A stretch of DNA of 24,000 nucleotides, taken from contig NZ_CP039456.1 of assembly GCF_006974145.1 (NCBI RefSeq), positions 2,518,499 to 2,542,498 of the forward strand, read 5' to 3'. The notes under the pieces were generated by a model. The model ran no database searches, was not told the origin of the DNA, and saw only the letters and a program-made list of their open reading frames with translations. The position numbers were made by a program, and so were the translations under genes. Shown piece by piece: positions 23,961-24,000 of the stretch. The first letter of the stretch is position 1. Every line of letters begins with the position of its first letter. This DNA is from Changchengzhania lutea (GTDB lineage Bacteria; Bacteroidota; Bacteroidia; Flavobacteriales; Flavobacteriaceae).

Positions 23961-24000
23961 AAGCTGATGAAACTAAAATTACAAATTGAATTTAGATAAC

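Overview
This is an AT-rich accessory region that looks Bacteroidota/Flavobacteriia-like, judging from the integrase type, lipoprotein signal and LytTR two-component system; that taxon call is inference only. Mobile DNA dominates. There are four group II introns on the minus strand: two are identical copies, and two different ones sit 5 nt apart. There is also one intact IS110-family element, one truncated IS110-family gene, an IS4-family IS with perfect 22-bp inverted repeats, and a two-gene tyrosine-recombinase plus IS91-family (HUH/Y2) unit. A Bacteroidota-type integrase lies at the left edge. Cargo consists of three type II toxin-antitoxin pairs from three different families, several small orphan or membrane ORFs, a lipoprotein, an esterase and a LytTR histidine kinase/response regulator pair. 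The most interesting signal lies outside the ORFs. Nearly every gene module is bounded by a member of a family of imperfect palindromic elements (PEs). PEs are about 35-190 bp long, have termini of the type TTGGCAACG...CGTTGCCAA (an AAC...GTT core) and usually carry a short central hairpin. Three of the introns sit at the same position of a PE terminus (bottom strand ...TTGT|intron|TC...), antisense to the neighbouring genes, and both IS110-family copies also lie inside PE arms. The strand on which PE mismatches become G:T wobbles flips together with gene orientation around an ORF-free hub at 12.2-12.7 kb. I read this as an integron-like cassette array, or two back-to-back arrays, with non-canonical attC-like sites and no IntI in the window. 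The alternative is a REP/MITE-like repeat family that serves as a homing site. All coordinates of non-coding elements are hand-derived and approximate to a few nt.
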